From the IMG/VR virus record IMGVR_UViG_2778261268_000002: a stretch of DNA of 64,000 nucleotides; one strand, 5' to 3'. The notes under the pieces are model-generated. The model searched no databases. It was given only the letters and a program-made list of their open reading frames with translations, and was not told the origin of the DNA. A program made the translations under genes and the position numbers. Positions 31,143-41,494 of the stretch are shown in pieces. Source of the stretch: a virus (lineage: Duplodnaviria > Heunggongvirae > Uroviricota > Caudoviricetes). Position 1 is the first letter of the stretch, and the number at the start of each line of letters is the position of its first letter.

Positions 31143-32186
31143 GTGAAAGCCGTAATTACTCCCTTTGTACAAAAAGAGCTTGGCGTCGCCACATTCAAAG
31201 TGGATCAGGAGGTCAGAAAGCTGGTGGAGGCTGGCCGTAAATTTATTATGGAGCCGGTGCCGCGTGAGTTAATCGAGCACATGGACGACGGCCTCGTTGT
31301 TTCCGAGCAAACTATGGCAACAAATGAGGCGTTGCAGCCGTTTTTTAACAGCGATGAACTGTTTCGCCGTATTGGTGGGATTGACTCGCTGGTGGCGTGG
31401 TTGCGCAGGAAAGAGGGGCAATGCCAGGCCGCAGATCGTAGTTGGTGTGACAACCATATTGTCCACGCTGAACGAGACAATAGCGCGGTGTTGTTGTGCT
31501 GGCATCACGATAACCATTACCGGATGCGTGGTTTTAATGAGCTGAAAGAAACGCTGCATAATAATCGCGTTAACTGGATACTGGATGTCGCCCGTCAGGA
31601 AATGGGGCTTTCAGATGGCCATGATTTAAGTATTCAGGAACTGTGCTGGTGGGCTTTCATGCGCAACATGATGCACCTGATGCCGGAAGAAGTTTGCCGT
31701 ATATCAATAAATAAGATGAAAGCCGCAACGCAGGATAGCGGACCTCTGAAAGAGGCGGATATTCGCCCGTATGACGATCGCGCTACAGCATATGTTCAGA
31801 TGATGGAAGAACGCGCCGCGCCGATGCGTGCAAAAGTATGCCCTGTGGATGTTGACTCCGACCCTGGCATGGCGCATTTCAAAATACCAAAACTGCAATC
31901 GCTAAAATTACCTGAGTACATGGACTTTGTTGCTTCCCGTCCATGCTGTGGGTGTGGAGCGGCGGGAGCTGGCGCTCACATTATGCCTTATATCGTTCGT
32001 CATAGTCGATTATGCGCGCATGACATTTACGCAATTCCTCTGTGCCAGTCATGCCAGCGTGATATTGAGCGTGACCGCGATAATTGGGAGAAGACGCACG
32101 GTAGGCTGGCGATGCATCAACGATTGTTCTTTGATTACGCGCTTGGAGTCGGCGCTATCACAAGTCACTCGTCGAGCGTTAGATAA
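31143..32186 (+). CDS. hypothetical Cys/His-rich protein
   Basis: 347 aa; C-terminal CCGCGAAG...[27 protein letters not shown] cluster. Confidence 0.5.
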   Translation: MKAVITPFVQKELGVATFKVDQEVRKLVEAGRKFIMEPVPRELIEHMDDGLVVSEQTMATNEALQPFFNSDELFRRIGGIDSLVAWLRRKEGQCQAADRSWCDNHIVHAERDNSAVLLCWHHDNHYRMRGFNELKETLHNNRVNWILDVARQEMGLSDGHDLSIQELCWWAFMRNMMHLMPEEVCRISINKMKAATQDSGPLKEADIRPYDDRATAYVQMMEERAAPMRAKVCPVDVDSDPGMAHFKIPKLQSLKLPEYMDFVASRPCCGCGAAGAGAHIMPYIVRHSRLCAHDIYAIPLCQSCQRDIERDRDNWEKTHGRLAMHQRLFFDYALGVGAITSHSSSVR

Positions 32187-32187
32187 A

Positions 32188-32204
32188 ATTGCTCTAATGT
32201 ATTG
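32188..32204 (+). promoter_or_regulatory. C1 operator box upstream of the lpa-position gene
   Basis: ATTGCTCTAATGTATTG. Confidence 0.6.
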
Positions 32205-32274
32205 CTATTTCTTTAATCGAGGGTATTATATTCCACGTTGATTAGTTGACATGGGCTAATCAGTAGGTGACAGG

Positions 32275-32727
32275 ATGTTACTTAACTGGCAGGGACGCCA
32301 CTTCATGGAAATAAATCACTCACGAATAACATCGTACGAGATTGCGGATTACATGATCCGCACTAAATCTCTTCTATCAGCGAAAGAACTCGCAGCAATT
32401 CTTGAAAAGGAATACCCGCATCTGGATGTCGATAAGCGCGATGTTTATCTGCGCTTAAAGGCTATCGCTGTGTCTAAGTATTCGTCTGTTTTGATTGATG
32501 ACAGTACACGCCCACGTAGATTTCAGATCCACTCTCTGAATCCTGAATTCTTTCGCCGTAGCCGCGCTCCGCGCCGGTTTGATGAAAAACTCCAGAACGA
32601 ACTCTATATGACGCAGGACGAAAAGGAACGCCGGGAGCACCAGCCTTGGGTAATGGCGCGTCAACTTTTCAATAAGGTGGCCCGTCAGCACCGTCATTAC
32701 GGTAATGCCACATCCGCACGTATCTGA
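32275..32727 (+). CDS. putative late-gene activator (position of P1 lpa)
   Basis: ~140-150 aa basic protein immediately upstream of pacA; preceded by a C1 operator box. Confidence 0.45.
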   Translation: MLLNWQGRHFMEINHSRITSYEIADYMIRTKSLLSAKELAAILEKEYPHLDVDKRDVYLRLKAIAVSKYSSVLIDDSTRPRRFQIHSLNPEFFRRSRAPRRFDEKLQNELYMTQDEKERREHQPWVMARQLFNKVARQHRHYGNATSARI

Positions 32728-32812
32728 TTGATTGCTTGCCCGTTCCGGGCCTTTTGACATGTGACTTTCGTTACCCTCGCGTCAAAAAGAGTTTTTACGA
32801 AAGGAAGCATAA

Positions 32813-34006
32813 GTGACCTGGGACGATCACAAGAAGAATTTTGCTCGCCTGGCGCGAGATGGTGGTTACACCATCGCACAGTATGCCGCCGAGTTTAATC
32901 TTAACCCTAATACTGCACGTCGTTATCTCCGTGCCTTCAAAGAAGACACTAGGACAGCGGACAGCCGCAAGCCAAATAAGCCAGTCAGGAAGCCACTAAA
33001 AAGCATGATCATTGATCACTCTAATGATCAACATGCAGGTGATCACATTGCGGCTGAAATAGCGGAAAAACAAAGGGTTAATGCCGTTGTCAGTGCCGCA
33101 GTCGAGAATGCGAAGCGCCAAAATAAGCGCATAAATGATCGTTCTGATGATCATGACGTGATCACCCGCGCCCACCGGACCTTACGTGATCGCCTGGAAC
33201 GCGACACCCTGGATGATGATGGTGAACGCTTTGAATTCGAAGCTGGCGATTACCTGATAGATAACGTTGAAGCGCGGAAGGCCGCGCGCGCTATGTTGCG
33301 TCGGTCCGGGGCCGATGTTCTGGAAACCACTCTTCTGGAAAAGTCTCTTTCTCATCTCCTTATGCTGGAGAATGCCAGGGATACGTGTATTCGTCTGGTG
33401 CAGGAAATGCGCGATCAGCAAAAAGACGATGATGAAGGGACTCCGCCTGAATATCGTATCGCGAGCATGCTAAACAGCTGTTCCGCGCAGATAAGCAGCC
33501 TGATCAACACCATTTACAGCATCCGGAATAACTATCGAAAAGAAAGCCGGGAGGCGGAAAAGCACGCTTTATCTATGGGGCAAGCTGGCATTGTTAAGCT
33601 GGCATACGAACGAAAGCGTGAAAATAACTGGTCAGTGCTGGAAGCAGCTGAATTCATCGAGGCGCATGGCGGAAAAGTGCCGCCCCTGATGCTGGAGCAA
33701 ATCAAAGCCGATCTGCGTGCTCCTAAGACCAATACCGATGATGAGGAAAGGCAAACAGCCGTCGGTGGCCCTTCTCTTGAAGATCTGGACAAAGTTGCGC
33801 GAGAACGGGCCGCCAACCGCCGCGCCGATGCCGCATTGTGGATTGAGCAGCGTAGGGAAGAAATCGCCGATATCGTTGATACAGGCGGTTATGGAGATGT
33901 TGATACTGAAGGTGTATCAAACGACCCATGGCTGGAACAAGACCTGGACGAAGACGAGGAGGAAGACGAAGAAGTTACCCGCAAGCTATACGGGGATGAT
34001 GATTAA
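32813..34006 (+). CDS. pacA: terminase small (pac-recognition) subunit PacA
   Basis: 397 aa with GTG start; gene body contains the clustered TGATCA hexamers of the pac site. Confidence 0.85.
   Translation: MTWDDHKKNFARLARDGGYTIAQYAAEFNLNPNTARRYLRAFKEDTRTADSRKPNKPVRKPLKSMIIDHSNDQHAGDHIAAEIAEKQRVNAVVSAAVENAKRQNKRINDRSDDHDVITRAHRTLRDRLERDTLDDDGERFEFEAGDYLIDNVEARKAARAMLRRSGADVLETTLLEKSLSHLLMLENARDTCIRLVQEMRDQQKDDDEGTPPEYRIASMLNSCSAQISSLINTIYSIRNNYRKESREAEKHALSMGQAGIVKLAYERKRENNWSVLEAAEFIEAHGGKVPPLMLEQIKADLRAPKTNTDDEERQTAVGGPSLEDLDKVARERAANRRADAALWIEQRREEIADIVDTGGYGDVDTEGVSNDPWLEQDLDEDEEEDEEVTRKLYGDDD
33006..33164 (+). other. pac packaging site (two clusters of TGATCA/G hexamers carrying GATC Dam sites)
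   Basis: Four hexamers at ~33006-33045 and three at ~33136-33164 inside pacA. Confidence 0.75.
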
Positions 34007-35490
34007 TGGCCAGAAGTTGCGTAACGGATCCACGTTGGCGCGAGCTGGTGGCGCTATATCGTTATGACTGGATTGCTGCCGCTGATGTTTTGTTCGGCAA
34101 AACACCTACCTGGCAGCAGGATCTGATTATTGAGTCTGTGCAGGAACAGGGTAGCAAGACATCTGTTTCGTCTGGTCACGGTACCGGGAAATCAGACATG
34201 ACTTCTATCATGATCATGTTGTTCATAATCATGTATCCCGGTGCCCGCGCCATTATCGTTGCGAACAAAATTCAGCAGGTAATGACCGGTATATTCAAGT
34301 ACATCAAGATAAACTGGGCTACTGCCACCAGCCGTTTTCCATGGCTTGCTGATTATTTTGTTCTGACAGAAACCGCTTTCTATGAGGTTACTGGTAAAGG
34401 TGTATGGACTGTAGTACCGAAGGGCTTTCGTCTGGGAAGTGAAGAAGCTCTCGCCGGTGAACACGCAGATCATCTTCTGTATATTATCGATGAAGCCTCC
34501 GGTGTCAGTGATAGAGCTTTCGGTATCATCACCGGTGCTCTTACCGGACAGGATAACCGCATCTTATTACTGTCACAGCCTACACGCCCAAGCGGCTATT
34601 TCTACGATACTCACCATAAACTGGCCAAGCGTCCTGGTAACCCTGATGGCGTTTATACGGCGATCACGCTTAACAGTGAGGAATCACCGCTGGTAACGCC
34701 AGCATTTATCAAAATGAAGCTGGCGGAGTACGGCGGGCGTGATAACCCTATGTACATGATTAAGGTACGCGGACTATTCCCTAAATCACAGGATGGCTTC
34801 CTTCTTGGACGTGATGAGGTTGAACGTGCGACGCGGCGGAAAGTCAAGATTGCCAAAGGATGGGGCTGGCTTGCATGTGTGGACGTTGCTGGTGGTACGG
34901 GACGGGATAAGTCCGTTATCAATATCATGATGGTGTCCGGCCAGAGAAATAAACGCCGTGTAATCAACTATCGAATGCTGGAATACACAGACGTTACAGA
35001 AACGCAGCTTGCCGCCAAAATTTTCGCAGAATGTAATCCTGAGCGATTCCCAAATATCACCATAGCGATAGACGGCGATGGGCTGGGTAAAGCAACGGCG
35101 GATCTGATGTACGAGTATTATGGTATTACCGTACAGCGTATACGCTGGGGTAAAAAGATGCATAGCCGTGAAGATAAGAGCCTGTACTTTGATAAACGTG
35201 CTTATGCCAACGTTCAAGCCGCAGAGGCCGTAAAATCAGGTCGTATGAGACTGGATAAGGGTAATGAAACTATTGAGGAAGCGTCGAAAATCCCTGTAGG
35301 GATTAACTCCGCAGGTCAATGGAAGGTGATGAGTAAGGAGGATATGAAGAAAAAACTCAACCTGCACTCACCAGACCATTGGGATACATATTGTTTCGCT
35401 ATGCTGGCGGATTATGTTCCCCAGGATGAAGTGCTTAGCGTCGAAGACGAAGCGCAGGTTGATGAAGCTCTGGCATGGCTTAATGAATAA
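34006..35490 (+). CDS. pacB: terminase large subunit PacB
   Basis: 494 aa immediately after pacA with ATGA overlap; ATPase-like N-terminal region. Confidence 0.8.
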   Translation: MARSCVTDPRWRELVALYRYDWIAAADVLFGKTPTWQQDLIIESVQEQGSKTSVSSGHGTGKSDMTSIMIMLFIIMYPGARAIIVANKIQQVMTGIFKYIKINWATATSRFPWLADYFVLTETAFYEVTGKGVWTVVPKGFRLGSEEALAGEHADHLLYIIDEASGVSDRAFGIITGALTGQDNRILLLSQPTRPSGYFYDTHHKLAKRPGNPDGVYTAITLNSEESPLVTPAFIKMKLAEYGGRDNPMYMIKVRGLFPKSQDGFLLGRDEVERATRRKVKIAKGWGWLACVDVAGGTGRDKSVINIMMVSGQRNKRRVINYRMLEYTDVTETQLAAKIFAECNPERFPNITIAIDGDGLGKATADLMYEYYGITVQRIRWGKKMHSREDKSLYFDKRAYANVQAAEAVKSGRMRLDKGNETIEEASKIPVGINSAGQWKVMSKEDMKKKLNLHSPDHWDTYCFAMLADYVPQDEVLSVEDEAQVDEALAWLNE

Positions 35491-35514
35491 CTCATTGACC
35501 ATGCCGGATGGAAA

Positions 35515-36366
35515 CTATTGCGCGCTTTCGGGGTTGTCGTTTACTGGCTGCCCTTTCTTAGTTTTACGGCTGCGCGTAACTGATGCGGCTGATTTGACCT
35601 TTTTCTCTTCGCGAGTGATGGCAATTTGTTTTTTTACATTTTCAATATCTGCCAGGCGATATATTTTTGCCTGCGGCCAGCGGTCGCAGATGATCGGTTC
35701 TATAGAGTCATAAAGGCTAAATTTTGCTTTCTCGAATTCACCGTTGATGATAATTCCATCACGGAGAGTTTCATCGCAGATAAACACACCACATAGCGGC
35801 ACATGGTAACTAACTGATTTACCATCATTGTAGTTAGGGCTACTAGAAATGTAATGGACGCGCAGCATTGTTTCGCTAAAGCCGTGTACGCGCATACGGA
35901 ATTTTTCATCCTCCGGGTACTGCTTCATTAGCTCTTTTGTTGCTTCCAGGTTCTCTATGTATTTCGCACTGTGCTCATTGATCCCTGCGCTTTTCTGGAT
36001 GCGAATGTCCTTATCAATCAGATGAATAATGCGGCCAGCGGTCATGTTGACGCTGTTCACAGCTTCTGTCTGATAAGTCGTAACCTTACGCACACCGCGA
36101 AGGATGTTAGGCACTGGATATAAAATAGTCTTTGGGATATTGAGGTCTGGGTACTGTTCCAGTTCCCGCGCCATTAAAGTCCATTTATCAATTTCAGCCT
36201 GAATGCTGTCAGTTTCTTTGAACGGCAGAACGACAACCGGGCGTACAGGACGACCGTCGCTGGCGGCATCAACGTGTTGGGCGCGTGCAACAGCTTTTTT
36301 TAGAAAGAGATCCCTGAAGCTGACGAACTCCTGGTACAGTTGTTCGCCGTAGACATAATTTATCAT
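35515..36366 (-). CDS. c1: C1 repressor of lysogeny
   Basis: 283 aa, MINYVYGEQLYQEFVSFRDLFLKK... recalled as P1 C1. Confidence 0.9.
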   Translation of the reverse strand: MINYVYGEQLYQEFVSFRDLFLKKAVARAQHVDAASDGRPVRPVVVLPFKETDSIQAEIDKWTLMARELEQYPDLNIPKTILYPVPNILRGVRKVTTYQTEAVNSVNMTAGRIIHLIDKDIRIQKSAGINEHSAKYIENLEATKELMKQYPEDEKFRMRVHGFSETMLRVHYISSSPNYNDGKSVSYHVPLCGVFICDETLRDGIIINGEFEKAKFSLYDSIEPIICDRWPQAKIYRLADIENVKKQIAITREEKKVKSAASVTRSRKTKKGQPVNDNPESAQ

Positions 36367-36387
36367 TGATCCTCCTCCAGAATTGAC

Positions 36388-36431
36388 ATGGCCAACAACT
36401 CACAGCGGATTACACTGGGAGTTGTTGGCCA
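36388..36431 (-). other. 12-bp perfect inverted repeat (hairpin) between coi and c1
   Basis: GGCCAACAACTC ... GAGTTGTTGGCC with ~18-nt loop; coordinates approximate. Confidence 0.4.
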
Positions 36432-36476
36432 CCATTATAGAAGGATCCAACGAAAATAATAGATTTATTAGTGCAT

Positions 36477-36686
36477 TTATTGTGAGTCTGGCTGGTTAGT
36501 GGCCATGAGATATTCGATTGTGTCAGTGAGATCATCCAGGTCGTCTTGGGTGATGCGGTACTCCTGATTGGATATCTTTGAGTAGTGTTCAGCAATGGCG
36601 CGGGCAGCGTCGGTTTCGGCGGGGTCTACAGATAAAGCGTTAGAGCAATGTCTAACGTCGTCGATGGTTGGTGGAATGAAAGCCAT
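36477..36686 (-). CDS. coi: C1 inactivator Coi
   Basis: 69 aa, MAFIPPTIDDVRHCSNALSVDPAETDAARAIAEHYSK... Confidence 0.85.
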   Translation of the reverse strand: MAFIPPTIDDVRHCSNALSVDPAETDAARAIAEHYSKISNQEYRITQDDLDDLTDTIEYLMATNQPDSQ

Positions 36687-36924
36687 AATTATGCCTCACT
36701 GTATTGACAACACAGAGCCTGAAGCTCTGACCTACTGTTTCACCCATGTTCCATGCTGGGGTAATCTAACAACATTGCGCTGTGTGTAAGATGAGCAATG
36801 CATAGCTGTAATGCCGTTGTATAAGGTTTCCCTGTTTGCTCATTTCCTTCTGAGCCGCTCTACAACGCTGAAGACACATTAAATAGTGAATCCAAAGTCG
36901 TATTACGAAACGGCGGCAAAACTA

Positions 36925-36941
36925 TAATTTATTAGAGCAAT
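36925..36941 (-). promoter_or_regulatory. C1 operator box (inverted) upstream of coi-c1
   Basis: reverse complement ATTGCTCTAATAAATTA. Confidence 0.6.
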
Positions 36942-37007
36942 TGTCAAACAACTATGAAAAACAATCCAGTTTTTGGCTGGTGGAGTGGGATTATTCTCTC
37001 AAAATTT

Positions 37008-37024
37008 ATTGCTCTAATAATTCT
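37008..37024 (+). promoter_or_regulatory. C1 operator box
   Basis: ATTGCTCTAATAATTCT. Confidence 0.6.
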
Positions 37025-37067
37025 TGATTTTTATGCGCAGCTGGACGTAAACTCCTCTTCAGACCTA

Positions 37068-37101
37068 ATAACTTCGTATAGCATACATTATACGAAGTTA
37101 T
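37068..37101 (+). other. loxP recombination site
   Basis: Exact ATAACTTCGTATA-GCATACAT-TATACGAAGTTAT 34-bp element. Confidence 0.95.
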
Positions 37102-37119
37102 CTTAAGGGTTATTGAACA

Positions 37120-37195
37120 TGATCAATTTACCTGTAAATCCATACAGTTCAATACCTTATCAGGTCAAATAGTGATCACTTGATCATTTGATCAA
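37120..37195 (+). promoter_or_regulatory. GATC-rich cre promoter region (Dam-methylation sensitive)
   Basis: Four GATC sites within ~75 bp (gatcaattta, agtgatcact tgatcatttgatcaagg) between loxP and cra. Confidence 0.5.
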
Positions 37196-37290
37196 GGTTG
37201 CGCTACGTAAAATCTGCGAAATGTTGGCAGTGTTAGTGCTCCAGATTTCGCGTAGCGCACTTAGCACCACCAATCAATCAGAGGTGAAAA

Positions 37291-37512
37291 ATGGGATATT
37301 CAGCTGCTAAAGTGTCCACTCATATTGAGCTTGAGAAAAACCGTGGTTACTGGCGGGCAAAAGGGTTTGATCGTGATAGTTGTCAACTGTCATTATCGCG
37401 CGGTGAAGAGAAAATAGAACGCACGCGCGGTCGCTGGCGTTTCTATGACGAGAACCATAAACAGGTAAAGGCAGAGCCGATCCTGTACACTTTACTTAAA
37501 ACCATTATCTGA
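37291..37512 (+). CDS. cra: small protein immediately upstream of cre (cra position)
   Basis: 73-aa ORF in the position of P1 cra. Confidence 0.6.
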   Translation: MGYSAAKVSTHIELEKNRGYWRAKGFDRDSCQLSLSRGEEKIERTRGRWRFYDENHKQVKAEPILYTLLKTII

Positions 37513-37519
37513 GTGTTAA

Positions 37520-38551
37520 ATGTCCAATTTACTGACCGTACACCAAAATTTGCCTGCATTACCGGTCGATGCAACGAGTGATGAGGTTCGCAAGAACCTG
37601 ATGGACATGTTCAGGGATCGCCAGGCGTTTTCTGAGCATACCTGGAAAATGCTTCTGTCCGTTTGCCGGTCGTGGGCGGCATGGTGCAAGTTGAATAACC
37701 GGAAATGGTTTCCCGCAGAACCTGAAGATGTTCGCGATTACCTTCTATATCTTCAGGCGCGTGGTCTGGCAGTAAAAACTATCCAGCAACATTTGGGCCA
37801 GCTAAACATGCTTCATCGTCGGTCCGGGCTGCCACGACCAAGTGACAGCAATGCTGTTTCACTGGTCATGCGACGGATCCGAAAAGAAAACGTTGATGCC
37901 GGTGAACGTGCAAAACAGGCACTGGCGTTCGAACGCACTGATTTCGACCAGGTTCGTTCACTCATGGAAAATAGCGATCGCTGCCAGGATATACGTAATC
38001 TGGCATTTCTGGGGATTGCTTATAACACCCTGTTACGTATAGCCGAAATTGCCAGGATCAGGGTTAAAGATATCTCACGTACAGACGGTGGGAGAATGTT
38101 AATCCATATTGGCAGAACGAAAACGCTGGTTAGTACCGCGGGTGTAGAGAAGGCACTTAGCCTGGGGGTAACTAAACTGGTCGAGCGATGGATTTCTGTC
38201 TCTGGTGTGGCTGATGATCCGAATAACTACTTGTTTTGCCGTGTCAGAAAAAATGGCGTAGCTGCGCCATCTGCCACAAGCCAGCTATCAACTCGCGCCC
38301 TGGAAGGGATTTTTGAAGCAACTCATCGATTGATTTACGGCGCTAAGGATGACTCTGGTCAGAGATACCTGGCCTGGTCTGGACACAGTGCCCGTGTCGG
38401 AGCCGCGCGAGATATGGCCCGCGCCGGAGTTTCAATACCGGAGATCATGCAAGCTGGTGGCTGGACCAACGTAAATATTGTCATGAACTATATCCGTAAC
38501 CTGGATAGTGAAACAGGGGCAATGGTGCGCCTGCTGGAAGGTGGCGATTAG
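37520..38551 (+). CDS. cre: Cre site-specific tyrosine recombinase
   Basis: 343 aa beginning MSNLLTVHQNLPALPVDATSDEVRKNLMDMFRDRQAFSEHTWKMLLSVCRSWAAWCKLNNRKWFPAEPEDVRDYLLYLQARGLAVKTIQQHLGQLNMLHRRSGLPRPSDSNAVSLVMRRIRKEN...; matches Cre throughout as recalled. Confidence 0.97.
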   Translation: MSNLLTVHQNLPALPVDATSDEVRKNLMDMFRDRQAFSEHTWKMLLSVCRSWAAWCKLNNRKWFPAEPEDVRDYLLYLQARGLAVKTIQQHLGQLNMLHRRSGLPRPSDSNAVSLVMRRIRKENVDAGERAKQALAFERTDFDQVRSLMENSDRCQDIRNLAFLGIAYNTLLRIAEIARIRVKDISRTDGGRMLIHIGRTKTLVSTAGVEKALSLGVTKLVERWISVSGVADDPNNYLFCRVRKNGVAAPSATSQLSTRALEGIFEATHRLIYGAKDDSGQRYLAWSGHSARVGAARDMARAGVSIPEIMQAGGWTNVNIVMNYIRNLDSETGAMVRLLEGGD

Positions 38552-38568
38552 CCATTAACGCGTAAATG

Positions 38569-38585
38569 ATTGCTCTAATTCTTTG
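38569..38585 (+). promoter_or_regulatory. C1 operator box
   Basis: ATTGCTCTAATTCTTTG. Confidence 0.6.
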
Positions 38586-38601
38586 ATATTTATGGCGACA
38601 T

Positions 38602-38913
38602 ATGAGAAAGGATTTCAACATCGACGGAAAATATGTAGTGCTGTCTGTGAGCACTAATATTCAGTCGCCAGCCGTCATTGTCACTGTAAAGCTGAGCGAT
38701 AGAATGCCTGATATTGACTCAATATCCGTTGCGTTCCCTGTCAGAAGTATGCGTAGTGCTGAACATTTCGTGATGAATGCCACCGAGGAAGAAGCACGGC
38801 GCGGTTTTGCTAAAGTGATGTCTGAGTTTGGAGAATTTTTGGGGCACGTTGACAAAGCCCTCTCAATCAGTTCAGCAAAGTCCAAAGCGTTAACAGCTTC
38901 CATGATGAAATAA
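38602..38913 (+). CDS. hypothetical protein between cre and ref
   Basis: 103-aa ORF preceded by a C1 operator box. Confidence 0.5.
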   Translation: MRKDFNIDGKYVVLSVSTNIQSPAVIVTVKLSDRMPDIDSISVAFPVRSMRSAEHFVMNATEEEARRGFAKVMSEFGEFLGHVDKALSISSAKSKALTASMMK

Positions 38914-39041
38914 AAAAAGCCTGGCAAGAGGCCAGGCTGCACAAAATAGCGGAGATTGTATTCCGCATCCAATCAATCAGAAAGGAGTATAGCACATAGA
39001 TACTAAAGTGAAAAAATGCGACTGACGATAAAAAACATGAC

Positions 39042-39058
39042 ATTGCTCTAATTGATTG
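39042..39058 (+). promoter_or_regulatory. C1 operator box upstream of ref
   Basis: ATTGCTCTAATTGATTG. Confidence 0.6.
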
Positions 39059-39125
39059 TTATAATTAAGCCGTGGCGTTAGTCAACTACGAAGACATGGC
39101 CATTATCTACTCCTTTGAAATCATT

Positions 39126-39152
39126 GGCGGCCTAAAGGCCGCCTTTTTTTTT
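39126..39152 (+). terminator. rho-independent terminator upstream of ref
   Basis: GGCGGCC-taaa-GGCCGCC followed by ~9 T. Confidence 0.7.
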
Positions 39153-39157
39153 ACCTT

Positions 39158-39718
39158 ATGAAAACAATCGAACAAAAAATTGAACAGCGCCGTAATTGGC
39201 AGAAGGCAGCCAGAGAACGAGCGATCGCCCGGCAACGGGAAAAGTTGGCTGATCCGGCCTGGCGCGAATCGCAATATCAGAAAATCCGGGATGCTATCGA
39301 TCGCCGTATCGCTAAACAGAAAGAACGCCCGCCAGCCAGCAAAGCGCTGAAAAGCGCGGTAAAAATAAAATCTCGGGGCTTGAAGGGGCGAACACCGACG
39401 GCGGAGGAACGTCGCATCGCCAATGCTCTTGGCGCTCTCCCCTGCATTGCCTGCTATATGCATGGAGTAATATCTGAAGAGGTGTCTCTGCACCATATCT
39501 CCGGTCGTACCGCGCCGGGTTGTCACAAAAAACAATTGCCACTTTGTAGATGGCACCACCAGCATGCAGCACCGGCTGAAGTAAGAGAAAAATACCCCTG
39601 GCTGGTCCCTGTTCATGCCGATGGCGTGGTAGGAGGCAAGAAAGAATTCACTCTGCTGAACAAATCAGAAATGGAGTTGCTGGCTGACGCTTATGAGATG
39701 GCAAATATCATGCACTAA
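39158..39718 (+). CDS. ref: Ref recombination enhancement function (HNH-type nuclease)
   Basis: 186 aa, MKTIEQKIEQRRNWQKAARERAIARQREKLADPAWRES...; Cys/His cluster CIACYMHG...HH...CRWHHQH. Confidence 0.9.
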   Translation: MKTIEQKIEQRRNWQKAARERAIARQREKLADPAWRESQYQKIRDAIDRRIAKQKERPPASKALKSAVKIKSRGLKGRTPTAEERRIANALGALPCIACYMHGVISEEVSLHHISGRTAPGCHKKQLPLCRWHHQHAAPAEVREKYPWLVPVHADGVVGGKKEFTLLNKSEMELLADAYEMANIMH

Positions 39719-39809
39719 TATATTTATTATTTTATAATCATTGCTTTGCATTATCATTAACACATTGCTAACATCGGACTTACCTATATCGGAGGAGATA
39801 AATGAAAAA

Positions 39810-40532
39810 ATGGCAATCCACAGAATTCCTAAATTCTTTTCGGATGTTAAATCCGTAGAGTGGCCATGCCCAACTTGTGGGCAAAAGACGCTGAGAATAT
39901 TAGAAGATTCCTTTGTTTGTAAGGAAACGGCTAGTACAACAAAAATGCTATCAGACGAATGGCTTGATCTGGAGTATGTTTCTTCAATCTTTAGCTGTAT
40001 GTCCCAGTGTATAAGACAAGAATGTAATGAAGTTGTTGCATGCTCAGGAAGAAGCGGCTTAGAACCTGACTGGGATGAACACAACGGAATCCAATATAAA
40101 CCTTGGTATGAACCTTTGAGCTTTATACCGGGGTTAAAACTTTTCACTCTTCCGGAAAAATGCCCTGTAAAAATTTCTGCCCCACTGGAGGCATCGTTTA
40201 CCCTAAGTAAGATCTGCCCAGGAGCTGCGGCAAATCTGATAAGGATTTCTATTGAAGAGTTACTTACAGCTATCGACGTCCCTAACAAAAAAGGTGACAA
40301 ACTTCACAATAGAATTAAAGCAATCCCTGATAATTATTCTCGCTTTAAAGATCTCTTAATGCCGATTAAATTTCTGGGAAATGCAGGGAGTCATAGCTAT
40401 GAAAAAGTCACCTCAGAAGACTTAGAGTGTTCTTACGAGATAATGGATTTCATCTTAAATGATATATATTCAGGTGGTCGAGAAATGGTCCAAGAGTTAG
40501 CTAACAGTTTGGACGTAAAATTTCGCACTTAA
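39810..40532 (+). CDS. accessory-island protein A: N-terminal zinc ribbon plus C-terminal DUF4145-like domain
   Basis: GGAGGAG RBS then ATG; WPCPTCGQ...FVCKE zinc ribbon; C-terminal ...IKFLGNAGSHSYEKVTSEDLECSYEIMDFILNDIY matches the GN-x3-H signature of DUF4145; gene is markedly AT-rich. Confidence 0.55.
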   Translation: MAIHRIPKFFSDVKSVEWPCPTCGQKTLRILEDSFVCKETASTTKMLSDEWLDLEYVSSIFSCMSQCIRQECNEVVACSGRSGLEPDWDEHNGIQYKPWYEPLSFIPGLKLFTLPEKCPVKISAPLEASFTLSKICPGAAANLIRISIEELLTAIDVPNKKGDKLHNRIKAIPDNYSRFKDLLMPIKFLGNAGSHSYEKVTSEDLECSYEIMDFILNDIYSGGREMVQELANSLDVKFRT

Positions 40533-40552
40533 AATGCAAAAAAAAATTGACA

Positions 40553-40575
40553 TTTGACAAATTACTTCTGTCAAA
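40553..40575. promoter_or_regulatory. operator-like palindrome TTTGACA-N9-TGTCAAA overlapping tandem TTGACA hexamers
   Basis: Inverted repeat in the A-B intergenic region; TTGACA at ~40547 and ~40554. Confidence 0.3.
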
Positions 40576-40706
40576 ATTGCAACACGCCCGGTACGGATGG
40601 ATCCCTTTTCAAATATTCCATGGACGGCACAGTCTGAGTACCGGGCGCTACCTTCTGTTGTATTGCTAAGCCGCCGCTGGTGGCTTTTCTTTTTTGTAGG
40701 GGTGCT

Positions 40707-41348
40707 ATGGATAAGAAAATATGCGTTGTTTCAATGAGCGTCGGCAAACCGGCGTCAATGACTGCTGCATGGATCAACAACGAGCTGATAATGGCTGAGC
40801 GGACCAGCTACCCTGAACGCCGCCGCGATATGGAACTCCAGCTGCTGCGCGAATTGCGAGAAAAAGAGGAAAAGGGTTTTATCGTGCTGGTGGAAGAGGA
40901 AAACAGCTTTATTACCGGTCGAGTTGGCCAGCGTGTAAGGTTGCGCGATCCCTTCATGAACAGCAGGCCGGTACTAATTGAAGCAATGCAGATTTACAAG
41001 GCGCTGGAACGCCAGAAAGCGATCAAGTTACCGCGCAAAGAATCCGGCAAATACATCCTCCACCAAAGCATCTTCGATTCCGAACACGATAAAAAAGGCG
41101 ATGAATTTTTCAACATCAACTGGAGCGAAATAACGACAGAGCATGTTCTGACGTTACTATGTTGCTTTGCGACGGAATACAACAACGTTGCCAGCGCAGA
41201 CTACATAAGGGCAATGGCTGGGGAAATTGATACCCATCAGGAACCATCGTTACTAAGCCCCCTGATTAATATAATTCGCGGTACCCATGCGCTGACACAA
41301 AAGCAAGTTCCGCAAGGATTGTTAACAGGAAAAGGAAATTTTTTTTAA
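40707..41348 (+). CDS. accessory-island protein B, unknown function
   Basis: ORF 40680..41348; start set at MDKKICVV; followed by a hairpin (AACGGAGA...TCTCCGTT). Confidence 0.5.
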   Translation: MDKKICVVSMSVGKPASMTAAWINNELIMAERTSYPERRRDMELQLLRELREKEEKGFIVLVEEENSFITGRVGQRVRLRDPFMNSRPVLIEAMQIYKALERQKAIKLPRKESGKYILHQSIFDSEHDKKGDEFFNINWSEITTEHVLTLLCCFATEYNNVASADYIRAMAGEIDTHQEPSLLSPLINIIRGTHALTQKQVPQGLLTGKGNFF

Positions 41349-41494
41349 CCGACTATTTGTTTAAAAACGGAGATCGTTGTTTACCATTTCTCCGTTTTCT
41401 ATCAAGAGGGGCAACCTCTTTAAGAGAGTCAAAATTGTTTCTCCTTCATCGCTATCGCTGATAACATCAGCTCAAAAAACGAAGGAGTTTTTCT

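Noticed and set aside
38927-38945. Hairpin GCCTGG-caagag-CCAGGC after the 38602..38913 gene as its terminator
   Set aside because: The A-tract precedes rather than follows the stem on the coding strand; the better terminator is at 39126-39152
39741-39809. Upstream ATG at 39741 as start of island protein A
   Set aside because: No Shine-Dalgarno there, whereas GGAGGAG precedes the ATG at 39810
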